From: Candidatus Eiseniibacteriota bacterium
GTDB taxonomy: Bacteria; Orphanbacterota; Orphanbacteria; Orphanbacterales; Orphanbacteraceae
Length of the DNA stretch: 20,000 bases
Direction: 5' to 3'
NCBI GenBank assembly: GCA_043809585.1
Contig: JBDROZ010000064.1
Coordinates: 46,393 to 66,392, forward strand
The notes beneath the pieces are model-generated. The model made no database searches. It saw only the letters and a program-made list of their open reading frames with translations, and had not been told where the DNA came from. Shown here one piece after another: positions 7,897 to 17,521 of this stretch (position 1 is its first letter; each line of letters begins with the position of its first letter). The position numbers and the translations under genes are program-made.

Positions 7897-8516
7897 TCGT
7901 CGCCGTCACGGGGAACACCGGAAGCGGCAAGACGGAGGTGGCGGAGCGCTTCGTCCGCTGGGGCGGCCGGCTCATCGACGCCGACCGGATCGGCCGGGCC
8001 GTGTGGGAGGAGGACCCCCTCGTCCGCTCCGAGATCGTCCGTGAACTCGGAGCGGATGTCGTGGGGGCCGACGGGGAGATCGACCGCGCCCGGCTCGGCG
8101 CGGCGGTCTTCGGCGACCCCCGGAAGCTCGCCGCCTTCGACCGGATCGTGCAGCCCCGGCTCCGGGCGAGGATGGCGGACGAAATCCTCCGGGCCCGCCG
8201 GGAACCGGAAACGACCTGGGTCCTCGACGCGGCACTCCTCTTCGAGTGGGGTCTCGAGGGGCAGGTGGACCTCGTGGTCGCCGTGACCGCCCCCGAAGAG
8301 ATCCGGGCCGCCCGGATCGCCGGGCGCCACGGCCTCTCGGCGGAGGAATCGAACCGCCGCGTGGCGAGCCAATCGAGAGAAGGCGAAAAGGCCCGGCGGG
8401 CCGACCGGGTCATCGTGAACGACGGGTCCCTCCGGGACCTCGACAAGAAAGCCCGCGCCCTCTGGGACGAAATCGAAGGCGGTACCGGGCGCCGCCCCCA
8501 AGGAGAAGAATCATGA
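7893..8516 (+). CDS. coaE: Dephospho-CoA kinase
   Basis: GTG start overlapping the polA stop (GTGA). P-loop VTGNTGSGKT, IDAD, IDRARLG..VF, DAALLFE, ADRVIVNDG. The polA-coaE adjacency is common. Confidence 0.93.
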   Translation: MIVAVTGNTGSGKTEVAERFVRWGGRLIDADRIGRAVWEEDPLVRSEIVRELGADVVGADGEIDRARLGAAVFGDPRKLAAFDRIVQPRLRARMADEILRARREPETTWVLDAALLFEWGLEGQVDLVVAVTAPEEIRAARIAGRHGLSAEESNRRVASQSREGEKARRADRVIVNDGSLRDLDKKARALWDEIEGGTGRRPQGEES

Positions 8517-9614
8517 TCGACGTCAAGGAGATCAACCAGACCCTCGAAGAGAACCGCCGCCGCATCGACGAGCTCGAGGGGTATCTTTGACATCGCCGGG
8601 CGGCGGAAGAAGATCGAAGAGCTGGAAAACAAGATGTCCACGCGCGACTTCTGGGACGACCGGAAGGTGGCGGAGGAGACGACCCGGGCCCTCTCGGTCG
8701 AAAAGCGCGTGATCGAGGGGTTTCGCAAGGTGCGCACCGCCGAGGAAGAGGCGGGCGTCCTTCTCGACATGGCCCGGGACGCCGGGGAAGACGAGGAGAT
8801 CGCCTCGGAACTGAAGAACGGGATGAAGAACCTCGCCCGGCTCGTCTCGGACCTCGAGGTCCGGTCGCTCATGAACGAGCCGGAGGACTCGGGCGACGCG
8901 ATCCTCACCATCCATCCCGGCGCGGGGGGGACCGAATCCCAGGACTGGGCGGAGATGCTCCTCCGCATGTATACGCGGTGGGCGGAGCGCCACGATTTCG
9001 GCCGGGAAATGCTCGACTACCTGGCCGGCGAGGAGGCGGGTCTGAAGAGCGTCACCCTCGAGATCCGCGGGGAGTACGCCTACGGCCAGCTGAAAGCGGA
9101 GATCGGCGTCCACCGCCTCGTGCGGATCTCCCCCTTCGACGCCGCCCACCGGCGCCACACCTCGTTCGCGAGCGTCTTCGTCTTTCCCGAGACGGAGGAG
9201 ATCGAGGAGGTCGAGGTGAAGGAGTCGGAGATACGGGTCGACACGTTCCGGGCGAGCGGCGCGGGGGGCCAGCACGTGAACAAGACCGACTCGGCGGTCC
9301 GGATCACCCACGAACCGTCGGGCATCGTGGTGAGCTGTCAGAGCGAGCGTTCCCAGCACCGGAACCGGGCGAACGCGATGAAGGTGCTGAAGGCCCGGCT
9401 CGTGGCGGCCCGCCTCGAAGAGGAGCGGGAGAAGCGGGCGGAGAAGGAAGAGGAGAAGAAGGAGATCGCCTGGGGGAACCAGATCCGGAGCTACGTCTTC
9501 CACCCGTACAGCCTCGTGAAGGATCACCGGACGGGCCGGGAGACGGGCAACGTGCAGGCCGTGATGGACGGCGCCATCGACGACTTCGTCGATGCCTGGC
9601 TCCGGTCCCGATGA
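8513..9614 (+). CDS. prfB: Peptide chain release factor 2, made by programmed +1 frameshift (join 8513-8587, 8589-9614; ~366 aa)
   Basis: RBS AAGGAG 8500-8505; ATG overlaps the coaE stop; 25 codons ending in CTT TGA C. The +1 frame has GAGGTESQDW, GVHRLVRISPF (SPF motif), GAGGQHVN (GGQ), WGNQIRSY. Confidence 0.97.
8576..8591 (+). promoter_or_regulatory. RF2 +1 frameshift cassette
   Basis: GAGGGG-TAT-CTT-TGA-C: internal SD 3 nt upstream of the slippery CTT-T and a weak UGA-C stop; canonical layout. Confidence 0.96.
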
Positions 9615-9694
9615 GGGACCCGCTCATCGGGACAATGCGGAATCCTACTTACGGGAAGTCGTTGTAAAAAAAAGGATTTCGCGGGCGGCCTTCC

Positions 9695-9723
9695 TTGACG
9701 GGGGGCCGCCCGGCCCGTATTAT
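9695..9723 (+). promoter_or_regulatory. Sigma70-type promoter upstream of lysS
   Basis: TTGACG (9695-9700), 17 bp spacer, TATTAT (9718-9723). A8 tract at 9666-9673 in otherwise GC-rich DNA. Confidence 0.8.
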
Positions 9724-9767
9724 TGAGGACCATCGACGGCCCGAACCCACCCGCGGAGGAGACCGGT

Positions 9768-11240
9768 TTGGCGGAAGACAAGGCCCTGTTCCAGGTTCGA
9801 CTCGACAAACGCCTGGCCCTCGAGGAGAAGGGGGTCGATCCGTATCCGACCCGCTTCGACAGGCGTCACGACGCGGCGGAAGTCGCCGGGCGGTTCGACG
9901 AATTGAACGCGGGGGGGGAAGAGGTCTCCCTCGCCGGGCGGCTGATGACGGTCCGCCGCATGGGGAAGGCCTCCTTCGCCCATCTGCAAGACCGTTCCGG
10001 CAGGATCCAACTCTACTTCCGGAAGGACATCGTCGGCGAGGACGCCTACGACACGTGGAAGAAGATCGAACCGGGCGACCTCGTCGGCGTCCGGGGTGTG
10101 CCCCTCCTCACGAAGACCGGGGAGAAGTCGATCGAAGTCCGTTCCTTCGAAGTGCTCGCCAAGTCGCTCCGGCCGCTGCCGGAGAAGTGGCACGGCCTGA
10201 CCAACAAGGAGACCCGCTACCGCCAGCGATACGTCGACCTGATCGTGAACCCCGACGTGGCGGAGGTCTTCGCCCGGCGGGCCGCGCTGGTCCGCTCGAT
10301 CCGGGCCTTCCTCGATCGCAGGGGCTTCCTCGAGGTGGAGACGCCCGTGCTCCAGCCGATCTACGGCGGCGCCTCGGCGCGCCCCTTCGTCACCCACCAC
10401 AACGCCCTCGACATGAAGCTCTATCTCCGCATCGCGGACGAGCTCTATCTCAAGCGCCTCATCGTCGGCGGCCTCGAGAAGGTGTACGAGATCGGCAAGG
10501 ACTTCCGGAACGAGGGCATCGACCGGACCCACAACCCCGAGTTCACCCAGCTCGAACTCTACCAGGCGTACACCGATTTCCGCGGAATGATGGAGCTCTT
10601 CGCCGAGATGCTCCGTACCGCCGCGATGGACCTCCACGGGAAGACGGAGATCACCTTCGGCGGCCGGACGGCGGACCTCGGCAATCCGTGGAAGGAGCTC
10701 TCCTTCGTCGATGCCCTGTCGGAGCGGCTCGGGGCCGACGTGATGGCCATGGAGGAGGGAGCCCTCCGGGCCGCCTGCGCGGAGCGAGATATCGATGTTC
10801 CTGGCGACGCCTCGAGGGGGGCGATGATGAACGAGCTCTTCGAGACCCTCGTGGAGCCGTCGATCGACTCGCCCACCTTCGTCACCGATTACCCGAAGGA
10901 GATCTCGCCCCTCGCGAAGGAGAACCCCCGCCGGGCGGGGGTCGTGGAGCGGTTCGAGCCGTTCCTCTTCGGCATGGAGGTCGGTAACGCCTTCTCGGAG
11001 CTGAACGATCCTCTCGAGCAGCGGGCCCGCTTCGAGGCCCAGCAGGAGCTTCGGGGGGCCGAGAGGGAGGAGGCCCAACAGGTCGACGAGGACTATCTCC
11101 GGGCCCTCGAGTTCGGGATGCCGCCGACGGGCGGTCTCGGCATGGGCATCGACCGGATCGCCATGATTCTCACGGACCAGCCTTCCATCCGGGACGTGCT
11201 GCTCTTCCCCCAGCTCCGCCCGGAGACGACGGAGCCGTAA
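9768..11240 (+). CDS. lysS: Lysine--tRNA ligase (class II)
   Basis: OB-fold, LRPLPEKWHGL, RYRQRYVDL, FLEVETP, GGASARPF, FRNEGIDRTHNPEFT, GMPPTGGLGMGIDR. Start likely TTG 9768 after GGAGGAG (9755-9761); the track start 9723 overlaps the -10 box. Confidence 0.97.
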   Translation: MAEDKALFQVRLDKRLALEEKGVDPYPTRFDRRHDAAEVAGRFDELNAGGEEVSLAGRLMTVRRMGKASFAHLQDRSGRIQLYFRKDIVGEDAYDTWKKIEPGDLVGVRGVPLLTKTGEKSIEVRSFEVLAKSLRPLPEKWHGLTNKETRYRQRYVDLIVNPDVAEVFARRAALVRSIRAFLDRRGFLEVETPVLQPIYGGASARPFVTHHNALDMKLYLRIADELYLKRLIVGGLEKVYEIGKDFRNEGIDRTHNPEFTQLELYQAYTDFRGMMELFAEMLRTAAMDLHGKTEITFGGRTADLGNPWKELSFVDALSERLGADVMAMEEGALRAACAERDIDVPGDASRGAMMNELFETLVEPSIDSPTFVTDYPKEISPLAKENPRRAGVVERFEPFLFGMEVGNAFSELNDPLEQRARFEAQQELRGAEREEAQQVDEDYLRALEFGMPPTGGLGMGIDRIAMILTDQPSIRDVLLFPQLRPETTEP

Positions 11241-11243
11241 ACC

Positions 11244-12476
11244 ATGGGATACGAGCTCTTCATCGCCCGGCGCCATCTTCAATCGAAGAGCGCCCTGGGC
11301 TTCGTGCCGATCATCAGCCTCATTTCGGTGCTCGGCGTCTTCGTCGGCGTCATGGCCCTACTCGTGGTGCTCGCCGTGATGAACGGCTTCGAGCAGGAAG
11401 TGAAGTCCCGCATCATCGGGACCAACGCCCACGTCATCCTGCTCCGCTACGGGAACGAGCCGTTCGAGCCGACCGAGGAGCTTCTCGAGAAGGTGCGGGG
11501 CACCGAGGGAGTCCTCGGCCTCTCGCCCTTCGTCTACACGAAGACCATGATCCAGATCGGCGACAGCCAGGACGGCATCGTCCTCAAAGGGATCGATCCG
11601 GAGCGGGAGAACGAGGTGTCCGACCTGCTCAAGAGGACGATTCCCGCCGACGCGGATCTCGCGTGGGAGGAGGGGATGGCACCGCCCCTTCTCCTCGGCA
11701 CCGAACTCGGCCTCGATCTAGGCGCCCTCTCGGGGGAGACGGTGGTGCTCGCCTCCTTCACGAACACCGCCCGCACGCCGTTCGGCACGGTGCCGAAGAT
11801 GCGGCGCTTCCGGGTGGCCGGGACCTTCGATTCGGGCATGTACGAGTACAACTCGACCATGGCCCTCGCGCCCCTCCGGGCGGCCCAGGAGTTCCTCGGG
11901 ATGGGAGAGAACGTGACGGGCGTCGCGATCCGGGTGGACGACGCGTACCGGGCGCCGGAGATCGCCGACCGGATCCTCGCGAGGGTGGGGCACCCGCCCT
12001 ACCGGGCGAACAACTGGATCTTTCTGAACCGGACCCTCTTCTCCTGGATGAGCACGGAGAAGCGGGTCATGTTCGTGATCCTCGCCCTCGTGGTCCTCGT
12101 GGCGGCGTTCAACATCGCGAGCACCCTCATCATGGTGGTGATGGAAAAGACGCGGGAGATCGGCGTGCTGAAGTCGATGGGGGCGAGCATCCGGAGCGTC
12201 CTCACCATCTTCGTGCTCGAGGGACTCACCATCGGCGCCGTCGGCACGGCACTCGGCCTCGCCGGCGGCTACCTCCTCTGCTGGCTCCTCGAGAAGTACA
12301 AGTTCATCCCGCTCCCCGGCGACATCTACTTCATCGATTCCCTGCCGGTCCGGATGGAGGCGATCGATTTCGTGCAGGTGGCCGTGGCGGCGATGGTGAT
12401 CTGTCTGGTCGCGACGCTTTATCCGGCGTGGAAGGCGTCCCGCCTCGAACCGGTGCGGGCGATCCGGTACGAGTGA
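11244..12476 (+). CDS. lolE: Lipoprotein-releasing ABC transporter permease (LolC/LolE family)
   Basis: ELFIARRHL, TM1 ending VLAVMNGFE, periplasmic domain with FDSGMYEYN, VAAFNI, EKTREIGVLKSMGA, YFIDSLP, ATLYPAWKASRLEPVRAIRYE; adjacent lolD. Confidence 0.88.
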   Translation: MGYELFIARRHLQSKSALGFVPIISLISVLGVFVGVMALLVVLAVMNGFEQEVKSRIIGTNAHVILLRYGNEPFEPTEELLEKVRGTEGVLGLSPFVYTKTMIQIGDSQDGIVLKGIDPERENEVSDLLKRTIPADADLAWEEGMAPPLLLGTELGLDLGALSGETVVLASFTNTARTPFGTVPKMRRFRVAGTFDSGMYEYNSTMALAPLRAAQEFLGMGENVTGVAIRVDDAYRAPEIADRILARVGHPPYRANNWIFLNRTLFSWMSTEKRVMFVILALVVLVAAFNIASTLIMVVMEKTREIGVLKSMGASIRSVLTIFVLEGLTIGAVGTALGLAGGYLLCWLLEKYKFIPLPGDIYFIDSLPVRMEAIDFVQVAVAAMVICLVATLYPAWKASRLEPVRAIRYE

Positions 12477-12480
12477 TGCG

Positions 12481-13203
12481 ATGAACGGCGAGAAGAGAAT
12501 CGTCCTGAAGACGGAGGGGCTCGAGAAGAGCTTCCCCTCGGGGAGGGAGGAGCTTCGGGTCCTCCGCGGCGTGGATCTCGAGATCGAGGCGGGGGAGATC
12601 GTCTCGATCGTCGGCGCTTCGGGGGCGGGAAAGAGCACCCTTCTCCACATCGCCGGCGGCCTCCTCCGGCCGACGGCCGGGCGGGTCTGGATTTCGGGGG
12701 AGGAGCTCTTTCATCTCGGCGACCAGGCGCTCTCGCGGCTCCGGAACCAGAGGGTCGGCTTCGTCTTTCAGTTCCACCACCTCCTGCCGGAACTGACGGC
12801 CGAGGAGAACGTGATGATGCCGCTGCTCATCGGGAACGGGGGGCGGCGGGAGGCGGCGGCGCGGGCGAAAAGTCTGCTCGCGGAGGTCGGTGTTTCCGGG
12901 CGGGCCCACCATCATCCCCACGAGCTCTCCGGGGGGGAGCAGCAGCGGATCGCGGTTGCCCGGGCGGTCGCGGCCCGGCCGGAGATCGTTCTCGCCGACG
13001 AGCCATCGGGGAACCTGGACGACCGGAACAGCGAGGAGCTCCACAGGCTCCTCTGGAGCCTGCGGGAGGAAGAAGGCCAGGCCTTCGCCATCGTCACCCA
13101 CGACGACCGTCTCGCGAACCGGGCGGACCGGAAGCTCCGTCTCCACGAGGGGCGGCTGATTGACGACACCGGGGGGGCACCCCGGGGGAGCGGCGTGTCA
13201 TGA
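12481..13203 (+). CDS. lolD: Lipoprotein-releasing ABC transporter ATP-binding protein LolD
   Basis: Walker A GASGAGKST, GFVFQFHHLLPE, signature LSGGEQQR, LADEPSGNLD, VTHD. Confidence 0.9.
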   Translation: MNGEKRIVLKTEGLEKSFPSGREELRVLRGVDLEIEAGEIVSIVGASGAGKSTLLHIAGGLLRPTAGRVWISGEELFHLGDQALSRLRNQRVGFVFQFHHLLPELTAEENVMMPLLIGNGGRREAAARAKSLLAEVGVSGRAHHHPHELSGGEQQRIAVARAVAARPEIVLADEPSGNLDDRNSEELHRLLWSLREEEGQAFAIVTHDDRLANRADRKLRLHEGRLIDDTGGAPRGSGVS

Positions 13204-13715
13204 AATGCGACGGCTGCGGCCAGCGGGAGGCGACCGTTCACTACAAGGAAATCAAGGACGACCGGGTGAAGGAGATGCACCTTTGCCAGGAGTGCGCCGA
13301 GGAACGGGGCTTCGGGGGGGTCGCCGGGCCGGCTTCGAACCCCCAGTTCTCGATCCCCGAGTTTCTCGGGGGCATGGCCGACTCCCCGGAGGAGCGCGAG
13401 GGGAAGGGAGAAGGGGCCCCGGCGGCCTGTCCCCGGTGCGGCCTCACATACGCCGAGTTCAAGGCCGCGGGGAGGCTCGGCTGCTCCGAGTGTTACGAAG
13501 CGCTGAGGAAGCCTCTTGTCCCGCTCTTGAAGCAGATCCACGGGAGCGAGCGGCACGCCGGCAAGATGCCCGAGGGCCCCGGAGAGGAGCACCGCCGGAA
13601 ACAGCATGTGCGCATGCTGAAGCGCCGCCTCGCGCGCCTCGTCGAGCGGGAGGCGTACGAGGAGGCCGCCCGTCTCCGGGACGAGATCCGGAGCCTGGAG
13701 AACCCCGATGAGTGA
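13200..13715 (+). CDS. mcsA: McsA, activator of protein-arginine kinase
   Basis: Four CxxC motifs (CDGC, CQEC, CPRC, CSEC), GRLGC, IHGSERHAGK, C-terminal UVR motif YEEAARLRDEI; lies directly before mcsB and clpC. ATGA overlap with lolD. Confidence 0.92.
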   Translation: MKCDGCGQREATVHYKEIKDDRVKEMHLCQECAEERGFGGVAGPASNPQFSIPEFLGGMADSPEEREGKGEGAPAACPRCGLTYAEFKAAGRLGCSECYEALRKPLVPLLKQIHGSERHAGKMPEGPGEEHRRKQHVRMLKRRLARLVEREAYEEAARLRDEIRSLENPDE

Positions 13716-14763
13716 GCTCCCCCTTCTCACCCATCCGGGCTGGTTGGACGCCTCGGGGCCGGAGGCGGAGATCGTGCTTTCGAGCCGGATCCGCCTCGCC
13801 CGGAACCTGACCGGCCTCCCCTTCGCCCACCGGGCGAACCCGGACGAGCGGGCCCAGGTCTTCGAGCAGATCAAGGAGGCGATCGGGCGGTCGGCCCTTC
13901 TCGGAAAAGCGCGGGTCGTCCGGATCGACCGGACGTCCTCGGTGGATCGCCAGTATTTGACCGAGCGTCACCTGATCTCTCCCGATCTGGCGAACGGGAG
14001 CGGGCCCCGGGGCGTCGTGATCGGCGACGGGGAGACGCTCAGCGTGATGATCAACGAGGAGGACCATGTCCGGATCCAGTCGGTCTTCTCCGGGTTCAAC
14101 CCCCTCGAGGCGTGGCGCATCGCGGACAAGGCGGACGACGAGATGGCCCGGGAGATGGAGATCGCCTGGTCCGAGGAATGGGGCTATCTGACCACATGCC
14201 CCACCAACACCGGCACGGGGCTCCGCGCGTCGGTCCTCATCCACCTTCCCGCCCTGGTGCTCACCAAGCAGATCGCCAAAGTGCTCCGGGGCATCACCCA
14301 GGTGGGTCTCGCCGTCCGGGGGATGTTCGGCGAGGGGAGCGAGGTGATGGGCAACTTCTTTCAGATCTCCAACCAGACCACCCTCGGCCTTTCCGAGGGG
14401 GACACCCTCGATTCCCTCTCCCGGGTGACGCGGCAGATCATCGACCACGAGCGAAGCGCCTCGGAGGTGCTCCTCAAGAACGCGCGGCTCCAGGTGGAGG
14501 ACAAGGTCTTCCGGTCCTGGGGCCTCCTCACTCACTGCCGGGTCGTTTCCTCCCAGGAGGTCCTCAGCCTCGTGTCGGCGGTCCGCTTCGGCCGCACCAT
14601 CGGACTCCTCGGAGACGTCGGCTACGATGTCCTGAACCGGGCCATGATCGAAACCCTCCCCGCCCACCTCCAGAAGGGGGCGGGGGAGAGGCTCGACCAG
14701 GCGGAACGGGACTACCGGCGGGCCAGGCTCGTCCGGGAACTTCTCGGCGAAAAGACCTCCTGA
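13708..14763 (+). CDS. mcsB: Protein-arginine kinase McsB
   Basis: ATP:guanido phosphotransferase motifs SSRIRLARN, INEEDH, GYLTTCPTNTGTGLRAS, FQISNQTTLG; C-terminal PAHLQ and RA..VR. Confidence 0.95.
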   Translation: MSELPLLTHPGWLDASGPEAEIVLSSRIRLARNLTGLPFAHRANPDERAQVFEQIKEAIGRSALLGKARVVRIDRTSSVDRQYLTERHLISPDLANGSGPRGVVIGDGETLSVMINEEDHVRIQSVFSGFNPLEAWRIADKADDEMAREMEIAWSEEWGYLTTCPTNTGTGLRASVLIHLPALVLTKQIAKVLRGITQVGLAVRGMFGEGSEVMGNFFQISNQTTLGLSEGDTLDSLSRVTRQIIDHERSASEVLLKNARLQVEDKVFRSWGLLTHCRVVSSQEVLSLVSAVRFGRTIGLLGDVGYDVLNRAMIETLPAHLQKGAGERLDQAERDYRRARLVRELLGEKTS

Positions 14764-14956
14764 GGGGTGGCGAAAACGGGTGATTCGGCCGATCTTAGGA
14801 GGGCGGGGAAGGCCCGGCGAGCTTCCCCGTCTCCGGCCCCCGGTGGGGTGGCGCCCCGACGGACGGACCGGCGCAATACCGGTTAATTGATTAGCCCGAT
14901 AGGGATTAGGTCTGCAAGCCCCGTTCGAGGGGGCCATAAGCCCGGGAGGCGACGAC

Positions 14957-17461
14957 ATGCACGATCGATTCACGGAACGGGTGCGAAAGGTGATGTACCT
15001 CGCCCGCGAGGAGGCGGGGCGCCTTCAGCACGACTACATCGGGACCGAGCATCTTCTCCTCGGGATCGTCCGCGAAGGGGAGGGGATCGCCGCCACGGTG
15101 CTCAACAACCTGGGCCTCGATCTCGACCAGATCCGCCAGGCCGTGGAGAACATGGTCTCCGGCAGCGGCGGCACCCTCACGATCGGGGAGATCCCCTTCA
15201 CGCCCCGGGCGAAGAGGGTGCTCGAACTGGCGGTGGAGGAGGCCCGTCTTCTCGGCCACAACTACGTGGGGACCGAGCATCTCCTCCTCGGTTTGATCCG
15301 GGAAGGGGAAGGCGTCGCCGCCCGGGTCCTGATCGACCTCGGCGCGGACAAGAAGAAGGTCCGGGAGGAGACGCTGAAGCTTCTCGGCGGCCATCCCGTG
15401 GGTAGCACCCAGACAGCCACGACGCAGAAGAGCGAGACGCCGGCCCTCGACCAGTTCGGCCGGGACCTGACGACCCTCGCCCGGGAGGGCAAGCTCGACC
15501 CGGTGATCGGCCGGAACGACGAGATCGAGCGGGTCGTTCAGGTGCTCTGCCGGCGCAAGAAGAACAACCCGGCCCTGATCGGGGAGCCCGGCGTCGGCAA
15601 GACCGCCATCGCCGAGGGGCTCGCCGAACGGATCGCCGAGCACCGGGTGCCCCACATCCTGATGAACAAGCGGCTCGTCACCCTCGACCTCGCGTCGATC
15701 GTGGCGGGCACCAAGTACCGGGGCCAGTTCGAGGAGCGGCTGAAGGCGGTGATGAACGAGATCCGGGAGTCGGACAACGTCATCATCTTCATCGACGAGC
15801 TACACACCATCGTCGGAGCCGGCGGCGCCGAGGGGGCCATCGACGCGTCGAACATGCTGAAGCCGGCCCTGGCGCGGGGCGAGCTGCAGTGCATCGGCGC
15901 CACCACCCTCGACGAGTACCGGAAGCACATCGAGAAGGACGGCGCCCTCGAGCGCCGGTTCCAGCCGATTACGATCAACCCCCCCTCCACGGCGGAGACG
16001 ATCGAGATCATCCGGGGCCTTCGGGACAAGTACGAAGCCCATCACCGGGCCGAGATCACCGACGAGGCGATCGTGGCGGCGGTGAACCTGTCGGACCGGT
16101 ACATCAGCGACCGGTTCCTCCCGGACAAGGCGATCGACATCATCGACGAGGCGGGCTCGCGGGCGCGCCTCTCGGTTTCCGCGATCCCGAGCGACCTGAA
16201 CGAGCTCGAGCAGAAGCTGGCGAAGACGACCCAGGAAAAGGAAGCGGCCATCTTCAACCAGGAGTTCGAGAAGGCCGCCGCACTCCGGGATCAGGAGAAG
16301 AAGATCCGGCAGGAGCTCCAGTCGTTCCGCAAGGACTGGGACGTGCAGAAGAAGGAAGACAAGGCGGTGGTCGACGCCGAAGCCGTGGCGGCCGTGGTCT
16401 CCTCCATCACCGGCGTGCCGGTGAAGAAGCTCGAGCAGGCGGAGGCGGAGAAGCTCCTCCACATGGAGGACGAGATCCAAAAGAAGATCGTAGGCCAGGA
16501 GCCCGCGGTGGTCGCCATCTCCAAGGCGATCCGGCGGAACCGGGCCGGCATGGGCGACCCGAACCGCCCGACGGGGTCGTTCCTCTTCCTCGGCCCCACG
16601 GGGGTCGGGAAGACGGAGCTCGCCCGGGTTCTCGCCGAGTTCCTCTTCGACGACCGGGACGCCCTGATCCGGATCGACATGTCCGAGTTCATGGAGAAGT
16701 TCGCCGTCTCCCGCCTCGTGGGGGCCCCTCCGGGCTACGTGGGTCACGAGGAGGGGGGACAACTGACCGAGAAGGTGCGGCGGAAACCGTACTCGATCGT
16801 CCTCCTCGACGAGATCGAGAAGGCCCACCCTGACGTCTACAACATCCTCCTGCAGGTGCTCGAGGACGGCCAGCTGACCGACAGCTTCGGGCGGCGGGCG
16901 AACTTCCGGAACACGGTCATCATCATGACTTCGAACCTCGGAACCCGCCAGATCAAGCAGGGGGGCGTGCTCGGCTTCCAGAAGGCGGACGAGGCCTCCC
17001 GACACACCCAAATGACCAACAAGATCATGGACGAGGTGAAGAAGACCTTCAATCCCGAGTTCATGAACCGGGTCGACGAGACGGTCATCTTCCGCTCCCT
17101 CGACCGGAACGACATGTTCGAAATCGTGGACATTCTGATCCGGGAAGTGCAGAATCGCCTGATCGATCGTGACTTCTACCTGCGCCTGACGGCGGCGGGG
17201 AAAGAAGTGATCGTGGACAAGGGGTTCGATCCGTCCTTCGGGGCCCGGCCGCTCCGCCGGACCATCCGCCAGTTGGTCGAGGATCCTCTCTCGGAGGAGA
17301 TCCTGGCGGCCAAGTTCCGGGCGGGCGACGAGGTGCTCGTGGACGGAGAGAACGGCGAAGTGGTGTTCAAGAAGGGAACCCTGAAGAAGAAAAAGGCGTC
17401 CAAAGAAGAGGAAGTGGGCGCCGCGCCATCCCCCGCGAAGGAGGAGTCCTCCGAAAGCTAG
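14957..17461 (+). CDS. clpC: ATP-dependent Clp protease ATPase subunit ClpC
   Basis: Two Clp-N repeats (GTEHLLLG), NBD1 [13 protein letters not shown], short UVR-type middle domain ([10 protein letters not shown]), NBD2 [16 protein letters not shown], ClpP-docking LGF loop. RBS GGGAGG 14944-14949. Confidence 0.96.
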   Translation: MHDRFTERVRKVMYLAREEAGRLQHDYIGTEHLLLGIVREGEGIAATVLNNLGLDLDQIRQAVENMVSGSGGTLTIGEIPFTPRAKRVLELAVEEARLLGHNYVGTEHLLLGLIREGEGVAARVLIDLGADKKKVREETLKLLGGHPVGSTQTATTQKSETPALDQFGRDLTTLAREGKLDPVIGRNDEIERVVQVLCRRKKNNPALIGEPGVGKTAIAEGLAERIAEHRVPHILMNKRLVTLDLASIVAGTKYRGQFEERLKAVMNEIRESDNVIIFIDELHTIVGAGGAEGAIDASNMLKPALARGELQCIGATTLDEYRKHIEKDGALERRFQPITINPPSTAETIEIIRGLRDKYEAHHRAEITDEAIVAAVNLSDRYISDRFLPDKAIDIIDEAGSRARLSVSAIPSDLNELEQKLAKTTQEKEAAIFNQEFEKAAALRDQEKKIRQELQSFRKDWDVQKKEDKAVVDAEAVAAVVSSITGVPVKKLEQAEAEKLLHMEDEIQKKIVGQEPAVVAISKAIRRNRAGMGDPNRPTGSFLFLGPTGVGKTELARVLAEFLFDDRDALIRIDMSEFMEKFAVSRLVGAPPGYVGHEEGGQLTEKVRRKPYSIVLLDEIEKAHPDVYNILLQVLEDGQLTDSFGRRANFRNTVIIMTSNLGTRQIKQGGVLGFQKADEASRHTQMTNKIMDEVKKTFNPEFMNRVDETVIFRSLDRNDMFEIVDILIREVQNRLIDRDFYLRLTAAGKEVIVDKGFDPSFGARPLRRTIRQLVEDPLSEEILAAKFRAGDEVLVDGENGEVVFKKGTLKKKKASKEEEVGAAPSPAKEESSES

Positions 17462-17521
17462 GGAGCGCGGCTCCCTTCGATCCGCGGAGGTCCCCCGAGG
17501 ACGCCCCTGACCGGGAAGGCC

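Noticed and set aside
8585..8591. prfB as a pseudogene or sequencing error
   Set aside because: Matches the canonical programmed frameshift cassette.
9653..9668. IHF-like site upstream of the lysS promoter
   Set aside because: Only a partial match to WATCAANNNNTTR on the minus strand.
14891..14917. CIRCE (HrcA) or sigma54 site upstream of clpC
   Set aside because: Only TTAGC matches CIRCE and the right arm is absent; the GG-N10-GC spacing lacks the TGGCAC/TTGC context.
2062..15310. KOPS-like GGGNAGGG octamers on the + strand
   Set aside because: Expected by chance in G-rich coding DNA (Gly-Glu-Gly codons); skew cannot be judged from 20 kb and the KOPS motif of this lineage is unknown.
17460..17478. 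Intrinsic terminator after clpC (AGGGAGC-GCG-GCTCCCT)
   Set aside because: Short stem with no U-tract; its resemblance to the repeat B hairpin ends is too short to be meaningful.
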